Assembly: GCF_001194135.2 (NCBI RefSeq)
Contig: NC_068989.1
Coordinates: 84,716,204 to 84,780,203, forward strand
DNA length: 64,000 nucleotides
Origin: Octopus bimaculoides
Lineage: Eukaryota
Reading direction: 5' to 3'
Shown here: positions 63,181-64,000 of the stretch, in pieces
How the letters are laid out: the number at the start of each line of letters is the position of its first letter
Position numbering within the stretch: position 1 is the first letter of the stretch
Position numbers and translations under genes: made by a program
Notes under the pieces: generated by a model
Database searches by the model: none
The model's input: only the letters and a program-made list of their open reading frames with translations
What the model was told of the DNA's origin: nothing

Positions 63181-64000
63181 TTCTGTCAGTTTCTGTTGCC
63201 GAACTGCTAAGTTATGGGGACGTAAACACACCAGAAACCGATTGAATAAGTACTAAACTCACAAAGGATAAGTTCTGGCGGTCGATTTGTTCGACTGAAG
63301 GCAGTGCTCCAGCATGGCCACAGTCAAATGACTGAAGCAAATAAAAGAATATATAGACACACGAGGGCTATTTAGTAAAACCTGTTGACACTCCCATAGT
63401 CCCATAGTCCCAAAGACAGATAACCCTGGGCCTTTCTTTATAAACATTGCTTGTTCACAGTTTAGGGTTTAGGTATTGTGATATGTAAAGTAATGCCGCT
63501 TCCAGCAAATAAAAGTTACACCAAAACAAATATATTGCCCCAGCATGGCCGCAGCCTGAAGGCCGAAACATATAAAAGAATATATATATCATCATCATCA
63601 TCATCATCATTTAATGTCCGTGTTCCATGCTAGCATGGGTGGGACATATGTATATATATATTCTTTTACTTGTTTCAGTCATTTGACTGCGGCCATTCTG
63701 GGGCCCTGCACTGAAAAGGTTTTTAGTCGACCAAATTGACTCCAGAATTTTTTTTTTTATTTAAGCCTAGTACTTATTCTGTCAGTCACTTTCGTCAAAC
63801 CGCTAAGTTGCAGGGGACGTAAACACACCAGCACTGATTGTCAAGCGGCGATTGGGGGATGGGGTGCAAACACTGACACAAAGACACACTCATACATATA
63901 TATACATATATCAGCCTCAGACTGACCCAAGGCCTTGCGAGTGGATTTGGTTGAAGGAAACTGAAAGAAGTCCATCATAGATATATATATATATATATAT

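Overview
This is eukaryotic, AT-rich, microsatellite- and SINE-saturated genomic DNA with 14 assembly gaps (~4.4 kb of N). The repeat families (tRNA-headed SINEs with internal (TA/TG)n, (ATT)n or (GAT)n tracts) look like those of an octopus (coleoid cephalopod); the species is my inference. I can support only one protein-coding exon: 12300-12766 (+), bounded by a polypyrimidine-CAG acceptor and a GTAAGT donor. It encodes an acidic, Ser/Thr-rich segment (LDAILGELCELE...DSAYSDNASLPSSES) that I recognise as the N-terminal part of an MRL-family adaptor (MIG-10/RIAM/Lamellipodin; RAPH1/APBB1IP/pico). The rest appears intronic, with at least 12 kb upstream and, if no exon was missed, at least 51 kb downstream. 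Nearly all other ORFs in the track are microsatellite or gap artefacts. The most notable unexplained structures are: a perfect 74-bp-arm palindrome flanked by an exact 8-bp direct repeat; an 86-nt near-perfect hairpin; a 113-bp identical inverted duplication crossing a SINE junction; and a ~360-bp decayed fold-back. Also notable are an R4/Dong-type retrotransposon 3' end sitting in a SINE (TAA)n tail, Helentron/HINE-like elements, and a candidate alternative first exon. I found no CRISPR array, rRNA, genuine tRNA or prokaryotic-type system. No databases were searched; family names come from recall and need verification.
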